Source of the DNA: Felis catus
Taxonomy: Eukaryota
Assembly: GCF_018350175.1 (NCBI RefSeq)
Contig: NC_058368.1
Span: 96,040,001 to 96,104,000 of the forward strand
Length of the DNA stretch: 64,000 bases
Direction: 5' to 3'
Shown: positions 12,966-26,220 of the stretch, in pieces
How the letters are laid out: each line of letters opens with the position of its first letter
Position numbering within the stretch: the stretch's first letter is position 1
Program-made: the position numbers and the translations under genes
Notes under the pieces: model-generated
What the model saw: only the letters and a program-made list of their open reading frames with translations
Told to the model about the DNA's origin: nothing
Database searches by the model: none

Positions 12966-13656
12966 AACTTCCTTCTTTCTAAGTGAGAAGACTACCACTT
13001 GTCCATTAAGTTTATTTTGAAAGTCAAATGAGATAAAAGTGTAAATCACATTTCTGTCTGGCACATAGTAGGTACTCAGTATAATTTTAAGTGTTCAGCT
13101 TTTTCTACCCTGCAACTAAACACATATATGCTAAATAATGCAAATGCATTAATTTCTGTGTACTCATGGGTTAAGTGGGTCCTTAATGCCTTAATTTTCT
13201 TTTTCTTAATTATCTTGACTGTGAAACACAAGAATTAAAATATTAGAACATCAGAGAAGCTGAATTTGATCCATAATTTTACCCACTTCTAAGCAGAATC
13301 TAGCTTTACTCTTTCCTTTTCTATATGTTTGAATGTATATGTAATTATAGATTTGTTAAAGTGTGTATATATTTGTATATCATTGTTTTCCAATTTTTAA
13401 GTTGCTATTTTCAAGCTTCCTTTATGGCCTCATAGTTGTTGCATTTATGGTTGCATAATATCCTAATTAAATGCTGTTGAAAACTTAAGAATATTTTCAG
13501 AATTTACCATGATAACTAATATGGCTAATAAACAGCTTGTTTCATGTATGTGTTTTTCAAGAATTCTAAGTGAAATAATTGAATGCGTCTGGGTAATCAT
13601 TATCTTTTAAGTGGCTCTTAATATCAGTATGTAAAAGAACACAGTGTTTTTGGAGG

Positions 13657-14194
13657 TGTAGGGAAAGAAATTTTTTTCCTCTACCTTTTGAGTTCTTCTA
13701 GCTGATGTATGAATTAAATTGGCATGAGACAGATTAACAGGAGAAGAAATACAAGGTTTTATTATGTGTGCATGACTGTGCAATAATAAAATTGAGTCCT
13801 GAACATATGATCAAGGCAGGCAATGTTTATACAGTTTAGATAAAGGGACAATAAATTTGTGAGAAATTGACAGGATAAAGAAGACATGTTTGTGGGCTTT
13901 GATTTGTATGGAATTCTAAATGGAATGTGAGTTGAGGTAGTAAGTTAGTAAAAAAAAAAAAGTAGCTTTTTGCTATGGCTTTTTCAGTTTTAAAATTCCT
14001 ATCTCTGGTAGTAAGGATGTCTTTTGTACTTATTAGGACAGGGAGGGCACATTTTATATGAAAGAGTAATTTCCTGCCTTGGGGGAGGTAGGGGAGATTC
14101 TGAATATCCTTGCACTGGCTTGTTCTCAGTAGCTTCAGTGCAAAATAATATGCCATTGCAGTATATTTAGGGTAGCCTGCCCTTGCCCTCTACA
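13657..14194 (-). mobile_element. ERV1-class solo LTR (MER34-like)
   Basis: TG...CA ends with short inverted termini (TGTAGGG / CCCTCTACA); on the minus strand AATAAA (13758-13763) is followed by the typical CTTCTCCTGTTAATCTGTCT; 538 bp; no clear TSD. Confidence 0.8.
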
Positions 14195-15982
14195 GTTGTA
14201 ACACCTTTGTCTTTAATCAAAGCAGCCATGTTAAAATTGGAGTTTAATTAAAAGTGTCTTCCTAATGGCGAACCTTAGAGAAATACCTTTGAGCAGCCAG
14301 TGCCTTTGTCTTCTTCAATCCTTCCCTTAAGTATAAGACTGACTGCCTTACTCATGAACTTCGTAATAAATGTGTTCACTGTACAAATATAGATCTCTGT
14401 GACCAATAAGATATATTTGTCAGAAATGCACCTTTGGTATAATCAATGTTTTCTTTTGTTTTGTTTTATAAAAGATAGAATCAACAATTCTTACTGGGAA
14501 ACACAAATTATAAAGCATTTCGTCCAGTACAGGGCTAATTCATCCAGTACAGGACATTAGCAAATTTACTCATTGTTGTCTTTTGTCTACTCTCAAGCTG
14601 TGTTTGGATGACTCTTAACATCTTCACTTTTATCTGAAAATTATGGCATCTTTTTAATGCACATTTTTTTCTTGTCAGAATCTCAGCTCATTCAGAATAC
14701 AGAAGGTTCTTCCCTAAAAAAAATAATAATAAATTGCCCATTTAGTGCATATTTCATTTCCTTGGTATGAGTTTCTCTGTTCAACCCAGTTAGGATATGT
14801 TTGACTTCTCTCTCTTGATTTATGTCGCTTTCTTTTGCCTTTTCTGCACAGCCTTCTTGCCTTCCAGCCTTTCCCATTCATTTGAGGATATGAAGGTTTT
14901 GATGCAGGTGAATTGGTCTCCCTAAAGACAAAGAGTTTGATACAGATTGCAGAAACTTTCCTATAAAGTTGTATATCAGCCGAAGAGTTGTTAAAAGAAA
15001 TAGCTGCCTAAAGCATCTCATTTCACATTACCCAGAGAGGGAGTTTTTGTCAGAAACCATCATACTGAATAGGTGAAAATACGTTGCCCAACACCTCCTC
15101 CAACAACACATTATAGACATTACTCCCATGAATAATTGAAATTGTTTCCCACAGAGTTCACATGATTAGCATTCATTTGAGCAAGATGATAATAAATTCG
15201 GGGAAAAAACTCACTCTGAATATTTAATAATATTTTGCATTTTCGTGGTATGTTATATTTTGGAACTGAGGTTTAATGAATTGTAATGAATTAGTGAGTT
15301 CCACAGTATGTACCTTGGAGGTGAAAATCAAGCTCGTCATGCCCATTTTGCAGTTTAAAAAATGGAGAACCTGAGAGATGAAAGGATTTGCTCAGTATAT
15401 TTCTGTGAGCATGACATTAGAAGGAAATGACATAAGTCCTTTTACTATGTTTCACAGAAGACAACCATTCTGTAAAGAAAGGAAAAAAAATTAAGATAAA
15501 AATATAATATATGGTGTTTGTTACCAATATTGAAATATCCAAATAGTACTGACAGTAACTTCTCAATTAGGATGGTAGGTGGAACACAGGAAACTGGCTT
15601 CTGTTATTTATTTATTTTTTTTTAAATCTTGCATAATAAAAGTGATTATAAGTAGGTATCAGGTATATAATGGTGATTTTTAGGTGATTTGTCCTTGAGA
15701 TTCACGTCATGAGTAGTCTTGTTACACAAGAAGCAGTTTTACAAACTGATGTGTGGGCTTGCTGAAATACATGAAGTTCAGTGTCTTCCTAAGGACCCCT
15801 TTACTGCCCAATTCCAAAACATTTTGTAACCTGCTTTTAGAAATTCAAAGTCAAGTGGTATAATGTAGCCAGGCATTCAGAGCTATTAAAAACAGCTCCT
15901 AATTGTTGAAAAGTAACCAAGTGAGGAAGGCCCCTTCCCATATATTTCCATTTTGTCACTTCCAGTCAAGAAAAAGAATTCT

Positions 15983-16153
15983 GGGGACAACTGGGTGGCT
16001 CATTGAGTTAAGTATCTGACTCAATTTTAGCTCAGGTCATGAGCACAGGTTCGTGAGATCAATCCCTGCATCAGGCTCTGCACTGAGAGCGTGGAAACTA
16101 ATTGGGATTCTCTCTCCTTTTCTTTCTGTCCCTCCCCTGCTTGTGCATGTGGA

Positions 16154-16212
<59 letters not shown>

Positions 16213-16235
16213 AAATATATTAAAAAAAGAAAACA
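15983..16235 (+). mobile_element. CanSINE with long (CT)n
   Basis: GGGGACAACTGGGTGGCTCA head, (CT)n at about 16159-16210, A tail; degenerate TSD ending in AATTCTG. Confidence 0.93.
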
Positions 16236-16804
16236 GAAGACAATTCTGAGTCATTAAACAATAGTGTGTATATGACATAGACTAAATATATAAACTACAT
16301 GTATAAAGTATACATATAAATTATAGATATATAGTTAAGTTTTATTTTTTGCCAAAAATTATGAACAAAAGTAGTCCATTGTGAGGCTTATAATACCAAA
16401 ACTATGTGTTTACAAAAGAAAAGTATTCAGAGACATAAAAATGTATGTATGCTTATATAGTTGTACAGTTTTTTTTTTTACTTTAGAAAATACATTCTTT
16501 CATGTAAATTATCCCATTATTAGGGTAGTGGAGTGTGATAAAATTATGACCCACTCATTTTCAACTGAGAAGTAAGTGTATCATCTAAACTTGTCTGATA
16601 TTAAGTAAAGCTATAAGATACATTATTTAAATCAAAACCTAATCAGTGAAAGTGATAGAATGAAAAAGAGCCTGAATTTTGCAGTTAACTTGGACGTATT
16701 TCAGTACGAGTTCCAGAAGGTCCACCTTTGATGAATGTCCAAGTCAAAGCAAGATGGTATTTTCACATGACAGACTAAGAATGACATTAGGAATCTGGAA
16801 ACAC

Positions 16805-16960
16805 TATATTAGTACTGAAAGAACCTAGGGGATCATCATGTACCTAACCTCTTAATTTACACAGGGTTATGTTGGGGTTCAGAATGATTTTATTCAATGC
16901 CTGGGAATTTATTAGTGGCAGAGGTTACATCAGAGTCTTAATCCCTTGACCTTTACATTT
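16805..16960 (-). mobile_element. MIR-family SINE relic
   Basis: CTGAAAGAACCTAGGGGATCATC...CCTCTTAATTTACA...ATTAGTGGCAGAG pattern. Confidence 0.5.
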
Positions 16961-17149
16961 TTTTTTCTTTTACACTTTCTTCATCTTGTCTCTTGATGGA
17001 AAATGGCAGCAAGTTGAGAGATGCCATTTCTCATATTAATTTTTATATTTCATGACTATATATCACAGTGTTAAAGTGTTTATTGATGAAAATACAAACC
17101 TGATAGCAGCAGAAGCTTACAGTGTCAACCACTGTCCATCTGTACCCTG

Positions 17150-17735
17150 CCCCCAGATCTTAATAGTTCTCTAATGATGACAGAATAAAAGTCTACCCCT
17201 TTGGTTTGATGTGTAAGACATACCTTATTTATCTGCAGATAAATATTTACCTTTATTTTATTTGACTTCGATTGCCATGGCCAACCTGTGTTCTGACCCA
17301 AACAAATTATTTATTTGAAGATTCTTTTCTGATCTCTCTGATTTTGTTCATGCTCTTCCAATTGTGCTGAATTCTACTTACTATCTCTCCACACAGACTG
17401 AATCTTCTGGTAGCAAAGCTAATGTAAAATTCCATATGTTCCGTGGAGTTTTCTCTGAACCCCTAAGCTGGAAGTGAGCTTTCTCTTCTCTGAACTTTGA
17501 GTGTATCCATTTTTGTCACATACAGCCTGCTGGACTGCGAACTCTTTGCAGGTTAGATGTTTAGCTGATTGATCTTCACATGTCCAAGAACACTCCCACA
17601 GTGTCCTGCCTTTTCTTCATTCGTTGATTTGGTTGTTCACTCACCCATGCATCCAATATTGCTTTAGGGCCCTCTTGGTGCTAGGCACTACCCTACTGCT
17701 AAATAGGTACTCAATAACTTTTTTTTCAATAAATA
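17150..17735 (+). mobile_element. L2 3' fragment(s)
   Basis: GACTGCGAACTCTTTGCAGG...AATAGGTACTCAATAACTTTTTTTCAATAAATAA resembles the L2 3' end; an opposite-orientation L2-like tail lies at about 17615-17700. Confidence 0.55.
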
Positions 17736-19804
17736 AGAGATAGCTAAAAAGAAGGGCCAATTTGAAAGGATTTAGGGGTCAAATAAGAAGGCTACCTGAC
17801 AACATGGATAAAATCGACTTTCGTTTATTAAAATTTCATGCAGGTGAGCACTCACTGTTGTTGGGTAAATCCCATGTGCGGTGCTATATTGGTAACTTCC
17901 AGCAGGTGCCCTGGTTGTGGCTAGGTAGAGTGTGTGTGTGTATTATATGCAAATACTTTGCTTTCTTTAATATACCATAGCTGGCTGAATTAGCTTTTGA
18001 GATTCAGAATTAACTTTGAAAGTTAACATCACTTCTGAGGGGCTGATTTCCACTCCCTTCTCTATAGTTACTTATCTCTTCCATGTGGAAAACAGCTTCC
18101 TTTGAAGTCAGTAAGAATTCACAGGTGGCAGAGATAAAAATATTAACAATAGTTCCTTAAAACTTACAGCAGACACATACAAGAAAACTTAGAGAAAGAC
18201 CTAAGGAAATCTTTTTGCAAGACTGAACAAACAAAAACTTCTAAGAATATAAGTAAGTAAAAATCACACATCAAGATTCTTTTTCACATATCAGGATATT
18301 TAAGGCAGAAGATAAATACATCTATTTATTTGTGTCACATCCCAACAATTACTTGCAAAATTCTTGAAATACAGCTCATGAATGTGTATATGCTAAATGC
18401 CCACATTATATGCTGGTTTGGGCTTATTTAAAATATAAAAGTGATCGTTGCTGACATTTTCTGAGAAGTGCAATTTCCAACATTCATTTTTGCTTTGAAA
18501 AGATGGAAGCATACCTAGAATATAATGTTTGATTCCTTTCAAAAGCCTCTTTAAAGGCTGATAAGAATTCTTCATGGTGCATATCTTATTAGCAAACTGG
18601 AGCCCCAAATCTGAATTGTTAGGAAATAAGATAATCTCTCACTAGCCAATTTATTCTTTTCTGGGGGGGGGGGGGGGGGGGAGAAGAGCCTGGGGAATTG
18701 TACATCAGTGATGGAAATTAAAAAGGAATTTAAAAAAATATTATCTTAGTTACACACTTGCTGTCAGCTTAGATGTAAACAAAACCCTATGTTGTGAAAT
18801 GAAGTGTACTTGCTCTCATGCCCTCCTTTCTGTGACTGAATCGTGTTAGTAGAGGTTACAGTTTGGCAGGTAAGAGCGGGGCCATTGATTGTACTCCTAG
18901 GAGTGTTGATTGCAAGCCTTGATTATTTGGCTCAAATTGTTCAGCCCCCTGGGAAATCGATACTCTCTAACAATTTTACAAAGTTAAAAATACATGTATA
19001 TATAAAGGTTGTAAATAGGGTCGTCATGAGTGTTCCTTTTTTTAATACATTTTTTTCTGCAACAGTGTATTTAACTCTCAAAGTCTTCTCGGAGAAGGCA
19101 ACTCTATACTTCTTAAAACTGAGTAAACTGGGTTCCATGGTTCCATGGAAATTTCTCTTTTCTTCTGCGTATTCTTCTAGCAATACTATCGGGGTCATTT
19201 GTTTCAACATAGCTGAGACCAGAGGAGCTCAGGACAGTGACTTCCTTGTTTTCTCTTTTCCATCTATTTCCTCGTCAATATCTTAGAGCGGGTTCTTTTT
19301 TACCTACTAGATTGTGATATTTATTCCAGCACTTCCAAGTGTACTTATAATCACCGTGAACTATCTGCACCTTATAAACAAGTACTTAAGGGTCCCACTC
19401 ATACCCAATCATATATTTTCTGTTGATCCTTTTCATTTCACATTTTCATTTTCATTTCGAATTCAGCAGCATCCACAAACTTTGCAAATCTCATTTCAAA
19501 TGTTGTCTGATGCCATTCTTTTCTTGACTCGTGTCACTATTTTAAGAACCTATGAATGCACATTTTTTTTTTACTTCTTTAGTGTAAGAGGCTGTTGGGT
19601 TGTTTAAAATGTACCCAGGGTAGAAGGTGAAGATTTAAAAGGAAAATTTTTTACTTCTCTTTTCTTTACCTAATATTCCAACACTGTATTTTATAATGTC
19701 AGTGTCCAGGCATAATAAATAAATAATGATTAGCTACTCATAAGTACAGCTGCAAGGGTTCAGTTGTCATTTCAGGAGCAGTGTAATTAGGAGAAGTGAA
19801 GGAT

Positions 19805-20025
19805 GGGGCATCTGGGTGGCTCAGTCAGTTAAGCATCTTACTTCAGCTCAGGTCATGACCTTGTGGGCCATGAGTTCAAGCCCCGCCTCAGGCTCTGTGC
19901 TGGCAGCTCAGAGCCTGGAGCCTGCTTCGGATTCTGTGTCTCCCTCTCTCTCTCTAGTCTCTTCCACTCATGCTCTGTCTCTCAAAAATGAATAAATGTT
20001 AAAAAGGAAAAAAAAAAAAAAAACA
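19805..20025 (+). mobile_element. CanSINE
   Basis: GGGGCATCTGGGTGGCTCAGTCAGTTAAGC head and A tail; TSD AAGTGAAGGA on both sides. Confidence 0.95.
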
Positions 20026-20199
20026 AAAGTGAAGGAAAAATGAGCAGTGCCCCACACAACTTGAGAGTAAGAACAAGCAAGTAAAAGAGATCAAATTCTA
20101 TTAGAAGGAGAAAGGAAAATACTAACATTTTTGAAATTAAAACTCTTACCAGTCTTGAAAATCTCATATAAGTCTAACAAGATACAAAGATTAAAAATA

Positions 20200-20530
20200 C
20201 TAAATAAGTATTTAGCATGTAAACCAGATTATAATATGCATATAAAGGTACATAATTCATGAGTATATATAGATCAGTAAATTTTATCAGAGTAAATATA
20301 ACCATTAAAGCATCACTCAGGTAAAAATATAGAATACTGATAGTCGCCAGAAACTTTCTTTGTATCACCAGAATGTGGCAAGCACCCCCCTAAAGTTTAC
20401 TATAGTTGGACTTTTTATCATCATTTGATTACTTTGCTGGTTTTGAAATTTATAACTTTCTTTCCAGCCAGTGTTAAGTTTGTGATTCATCTATATAGAT
20501 GCCTACAAAAATAGTTAATTTTCATCAACA
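20200..20530 (-). mobile_element. Very old L1 (L1ME-like) 3' fragment, continues after 28270
   Basis: Decayed L1 3' motifs (GTTTGTGATTCATCTATATAGATGCC...) resume at about 28290 (ATTCATCCATTCTAATGGTAATGGACATTT). Confidence 0.5.
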
Positions 20531-21673
20531 AATATGTATACACACCCACACACACATATATCTACGTATCTACATAGGTGTGTGTGGGTGTATATATATA
20601 TTTCAGTAGACTTTATTTTTTGGAACAGTTTTGGTACACAGAAAAATTGAGGGGAAAGCACACAGATTGTCCATATATCCTCTGCCTCCCCAAATTCACA
20701 GTCTCCCCTATGATCAACATCTCCCACCAGAGTGTTAGAGTTGTTACAGTAGATGAATCGGTATTGAGAAACATAATCATCCAAACCAGTAGTATGCATG
20801 AGGGTTCTCTCTTGGTGTTGTAAATTCTATGGATTTGAACAAATGTGTAATGACGTGTGTCCCTCATTACAGCATCATACAGAGTAGTTTTACTGCCCCC
20901 GAAATTCTCAGTCTTGTACCAGCTCATACTTTCATTCCCCTAACCGTTGTCAGTCTCTCAGCTTTTTTACTGATCATACAGATTTGCCTTTTCAGAATGT
21001 CATATAGTTGGAATCATACAGTACGCCGCCTTTTCAGATGGCCATTTTTCACTCAGTGAGCTGCACTCGTGTTCCTTCTGTGTCTTTTCATGATTTGACA
21101 GCTCATTTTTTCATCAGTGAAAAAATGTTCAATTTTCTAGATGAATCGCATTTTATCCATTCACCTACTAAAGGACATTATGGTTGCCTCCAAGTTTGGG
21201 CAATTATGAATAAAGCTGCTGTAAACATCCTTGTGCAAGATTTTGGTTGGAGTTCAGCTTTTGACTCCTCGGAGTAAATCCAAGGAGCATGATTGCTAGA
21301 TCATTTGGTAAGAGTATGTGTAGTTATGTGAGAAACCACTAAACTACTCCACAGTGACTGTACCATTTTGCATTCATGCCAGCAATCCATGAGAGGTCCC
21401 TTTGCTCCACATTTTCGCCCGAATTTGGTATTGTCAGCATTCTGGATTTTGGCTGTTCTAATAGATTTTTGGGATATCTTGTTTTAACTTGCACTTATCT
21501 GATAGTGTCTGATGTGAAGCATCTTTTCAGATGCTTATCTGCCATTTTTATGTCATCTTCGGTGAAGTGTTCTGCAAAGGTCTTTGACTCACTTTTTGAT
21601 CAAGTTGTTTTCTTACGATTTTAAGAATTCTTTGTATACTTTAGAGGACAGTCGTTTATAAGATACGCCTTCT

Positions 21674-21870
21674 GGGAACACCTGGCTGGCTCAGGAGGTT
21701 AAGCATCTGACACTTGGTTTGGGCTCAGGCCATGATCTCACAATTGGTGGGTCGAGGCCCATGTCAAGTTCTGCACTACCAGTGCAGAGCCTGTTTGGGA
21801 CTCTCTGTCTCCCCCTCTCGCTGCCCTCCCCCCACCCTCAAAATAAATAAATAAACCTAAAAAATAGATT
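21674..21870 (+). mobile_element. CanSINE nested in L1MC
   Basis: GGGAACACCTGGCTGGCTCAG head; TSD AAGAT(AC/TT)GCCTTCTG on both sides. Confidence 0.92.
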
Positions 21871-22765
21871 GAAAGATTTGCCTTCTGCAAATAACTTCTC
21901 CCAGTGTGTCTTATCTTCTCATTCTTGTAACAGTGTCTTTCATAGAAGAGACATATTTAACTTAATGAAGTCCAGCTTACTAATTATTTCCTTAGTAAAT
22001 TGCACTTCTGTGTTCTCGTAAAAAACCATCATCAAAACCAAAGTCGTCTTGATTTTCTCCTAAGTTATGTTAGGAGTTTTATAATTTTATATTTAGGTGC
22101 GTGATCCTTTTGAATTAATTTTCATGAAGATGTGAGGACTCTGTCTACACTTTGTGCATTTGGATGTCCTCTTGTTCCAGCATCATTTGTTGAAAAGACT
22201 CTCCTTACTCCATTGTACTTCATCCGTGTCTTTGTCAGACATCAGTGGGCTGTATTTACGCATATCTCGTCTGAGCTTTCTCTTCTGTTGCATTGATCTA
22301 TTTAGTATTCTTCTGGCAATACCACGGTGTATTTATTACTGTAGTCTTATAGTAAGTTTTGAAGTTGGGTAGTTTCAGTTTTCCAACTTGTTCTTCTCCT
22401 TCAATACTGTGTTGACTATTCTGGTAACTTTGATTCTTTATACAAACTTCAGAATCACTTTATCCACAAAATAACTTGCTGATATTTTGATTGGGATTGC
22501 ATTGAATCTGTAGCTCAATTTTGGAAGATATCCTGACTGTATTGGTTTTTATTCGTGAACATGGAACGTCTTTCCTTCTATTTCTTCCTTGATACCTTTT
22601 ATCAGAGTTTAGAAGTTTCTCTCATGGATCTTGTACACATTTTTTAGACTTACACCAAAGAATTTCTTTTGCGGGTATTTACTATTATAAATTGTATTGT
22701 TTTTCATTTCAAATTGCACTTGTTTATTGTTGGTATATAGGAAAGTAGTATGTTTTACAAATGTC

Positions 22766-23033
22766 TTTTTTTAATTAGAGTATAATTGGCATACATTGTT
22801 GTGGTTGTTTCAGGTGTACAACATAGTGATATGATAGTTGTATACATACCTCACTGCCCACCACAAAAAGTATAATGACCATCTGTCAACATACAATATT
22901 ATTACAGTATTATTGACCATTACAGTATTATTATTACACTGTACTTTTCATTCCCATGCCTCATTTGTTTTAAAACTGGAAGCTAGTACCTTTTAATTCC
23001 CTTCACCTTTTTCACCCACCCTTCCCCCCGCCC
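22766..23033 (-). mobile_element. Short carnivore-type L1 3' end nested in L1MC
   Basis: TTTCAGGTGTACAACATAGTGAT 3' end motif shared with the L1 at 56508; ATAGGAAA repeated on both sides. Confidence 0.8.
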
Positions 23034-23201
23034 ATAGGAAACCAATTGACTTGTGTATATTAACTTTGTATACTGCAACACTGATATCATTACTTACTGG
23101 TTCCAAGTGTTTTGTTTTTTTTTTTGTTTGTTTTGTTTTGTTTTTCTTTCATCAGTTCTTTAGCATTTTTAACATCTCATCTGTGAACCATAACAATTTT
23201 A

Positions 23202-23202
23202 G

Positions 23203-23237
<35 letters not shown>

Positions 23238-23334
23238 CTTCTTCTTCTTCTTCTTCTTCTTCTTCTTCTTCTTCTTCTTTTCTTCTTCTTCTTCTTCTTC
23301 TTCTTCTTCTTCTTCTTCTTCTTCTTCTTCTTCA
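23202..23334. repeat. Compound (GTT)n(CTT)n trinucleotide microsatellite
   Basis: About 12 GTT units then about 32 CTT units with one interruption near 23280. Confidence 0.98.
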
Positions 23335-23368
23335 CTCTTGTCTTACTGCATTAACTAGGACTTCTATG

Positions 23369-23593
23369 GGGGCGCCTGGGTGGCTCAGTCGGTTGAGCAT
23401 ACGGCTTCGGCTCAGGTCATGATCTCACAGTTGATGAGTTCGAGCCCTGCATTGGGCTCTATGTGGACACCTCAGAGCCTGGAGCCTCTTTCTGATTCTG
23501 TGTCTCCCTCTCTCTCTGCTCCTCCCCTGCTTGTGCTCATTCGCTCTCTCTCTCAAAAATAATTAAACATTAGAAAAAATTAAAACAAAACAA
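23369..23593 (+). mobile_element. CanSINE nested in L1MC
   Basis: Perfect 16-bp TSD AACTAGGACTTCTATG at 23353-23368 and 23594-23609. Confidence 0.97.
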
Positions 23594-24322
23594 AACTAGG
23601 ACTTCTATGATGTTGAAAAGAGGTCGTGAGGGTGAGGGGGGACATCCTGCTTTGCTTTTGATATTATAGGGAAAACTTCTACTCACCATTAATTACTGGT
23701 TGTAGGATTTTGTATACATTCTTTATCAAGTTGGGTAAGTTTCCCTCTAGTTCTAGTTTGTTGAGAATTGTTACCATGAATGTATGTTTGATTTTGTCAA
23801 ATGCTTTTTCTGCATCTATTGATGTGATAAAATCTATTTCTTCTTTAGCTTGTCATTGTCCATTCATGGAATAAATCCCATTTGGTCATGGTATGTAATT
23901 TTCTTTTTACATTATATTTTGTTGAGAGTTTTGCATCTATGTTCATGAGAATCAGTGGTCTGTAGTATTTTTTTTCTTATAATGTGTTTGTCTGGTTTTG
24001 TTATTAGGGTGATGTTTGTCTCCTAGAATGAGTTAGAAAGTATGACCTCTGCTTTTATGTACCAAAAGAGACTATAGATAATAGGTGTCAATTCTTCCTT
24101 AAGTATTTGTTAGAATTGACCAGGGGAACCTCTCTCAGTCTGGTGCTTTCTGTTTTTGGAAAGTTATTAATTATTTATTTAATTTCTTTAGTATATGTAG
24201 GTCTATTCAGCTGGCGTATGTCTTGCGAATTTTGGCAGATTGTGTCTTTAATGAAATTCATCCATTTCTCGTAGGTTGTCAAATTTGTGGGTATGGACTT
24301 AATCATAGAATTTCTTGATTGT

Positions 24323-24529
24323 ACTTCCTTTTTTCCAGTGTTTATATTTTTGAGAGAGACAGAGCATGAGCAGGGAAGGAGCAGAGAGAGGGAGACACAG
24401 AATCTGAGGCAAGCTTCAGGCTCTGAGCTATCAGCACAGATCCCAATGTGGGGCTCAAACCCACAAGCTGTGAGATCATGACCTGAGCCAAAGTCAGACG
24501 CTTAACCCATTGAGCCACCCAGGTGCCCC
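24323..24529 (-). mobile_element. CanSINE nested in L1MC
   Basis: TSD TTCTTGATTGT at 24312-24322 and 24530-24540. Confidence 0.95.
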
Positions 24530-26115
24530 TTCTTGATTGTCCTTTCAATCTCCAGGGATGTTTCCACTTTTACTTCTGATATTAGGACTTTGTGTTCTCT
24601 CTTTGTTCTTTCCTGGCAAGTATGACTAGATTATAAATTTTATTCAGCTTTTTGAAGAACCAACTTCTGTTTTCCTTGATTGATTATATTGATTTCCTGT
24701 TTTCAGTTCATTGATTTCTACTCAAAATTTTATTATTTATTTTCTACATACTTTGGATTTTATTTGCTCATCTTTTTCTTGTTTCCTAAGGTAGGAGCTG
24801 ACATTATAGACTTAAGTTTTTTCTTATATGTAATATATGCATTCAGTGCTATAAACTTCCTTCTAAGCACTGCTTTTCCTGTATCCTATGAATTTTGATA
24901 AATGATGTTTGAATTTTAATTTAACTCAAAATATTTTTAAACTTAAGATTTCTTTTTTGATCCATCTGTTATTTAAAAGTTCATTGTTTAATCTCCATGT
25001 ACTTTGGAATTTTCCACCCCTCTTTCTGTTATTGATTGCTGGTTAAATTCCATCGTGGTATGAGAGCAGACATTGTATGATTTCTATTCTTAGAAGTTTA
25101 AGTTTTGTTTTAGGGCCCAGAATTGGTGCTCTATCTTGGTGAATATTCCAGGTGAGCTTGAGAAGAATGTATATTCTGCTTTTGTTGGATGGAGAAAGTT
25201 TACAGATGTCCATTATATGTAATTGATTGATGGTGTTGTTGAGTTCAACTATGTCCTCACTAATTTTCTGCCTGCTGGATTTGTCCATTTCTGATAGAAT
25301 GGTGTTGAAGACTCCACCTGTAATGGTTGATTCATCAATTTCCCCTTGCAATTCTATCAGTTACTGTCTCACAAAGTTTGACACTCTCTTGTTAGGTGTG
25401 TGCATACACGTTAAGGATTGTTATGTATTCATGGAGAATTGGCTTATTTATCATTCTTTCTCCTTGATAACTCTCCTTGGTCTACAGTCGGCTCTTTTCT
25501 GAAATTAATGTAACTACCCCTGCTATCTTTTGATTAATATTGATGTGATATGTCTTTCTCCATTTATTTACTTCAATCTCTATGTATCCTTATGTTGAAA
25601 GTCAATTTCTGGTAGACAATATATAGTTGGGCCTTGTTTTTTATCCACTCTGACAATGTCTTTCTTTTAACTCATGTGTTTAAACCATTAATGTTCAAAG
25701 TAATAATTTTATATAGTTGGATTAATATCTTTCATATTTCAAAGTAATTTTATATACTTGGATTAATATCTTTCATATTGGTGCTTGTTTTCTCTTTGTT
25801 GCCCTTAACCTTAGTTCCTGTTTTTGTCTTCCACTCTTTTTTTGCCTTTTGCAATTTTGATTGACCATTGTATGTGATACTCTCTTCTCTTTTCCCTTAG
25901 CTTGTGGATTATACTTAGCTGTTCTTCAGGGTTCTCCTTCACTTTCCAATATATATTTATGACAAATCCAAGTGCATTTTCATATTATGCTATGTCACTT
26001 CACAAGTAATGTATTTTAAAAAAACAAAATAATAATAACTCTCCTTCATCCTTTGTTCCATTGCTATCATTCCTCTTACTTATACAAAAGCCTATTATAG
26101 GCATATATAAATGCT

Positions 26116-26129
26116 AATATATATATATA

Positions 26130-26161
<32 letters not shown>

Positions 26162-26190
26162 ATGTGTGTGTACACACACACACATATATG
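26116..26190. repeat. (TA)n/(TG)n/(CA)n compound microsatellite
   Basis: Seen directly. Confidence 0.95.
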
Positions 26191-26220
26191 ATTACATAAT
26201 AAAATATATTGTTGCCATTA

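Noticed and set aside
18843..19286. 147-aa hydrophobic ORF as a membrane protein
   Set aside because: Non-ATG start, no recognisable domain, hydrophobicity follows from T-rich DNA, and a donor-like site interrupts it early
23051..23422. ORF with poly-Cys/Ser/Leu runs
   Set aside because: Translation of the (GTT)n(CTT)n microsatellite and a SINE head
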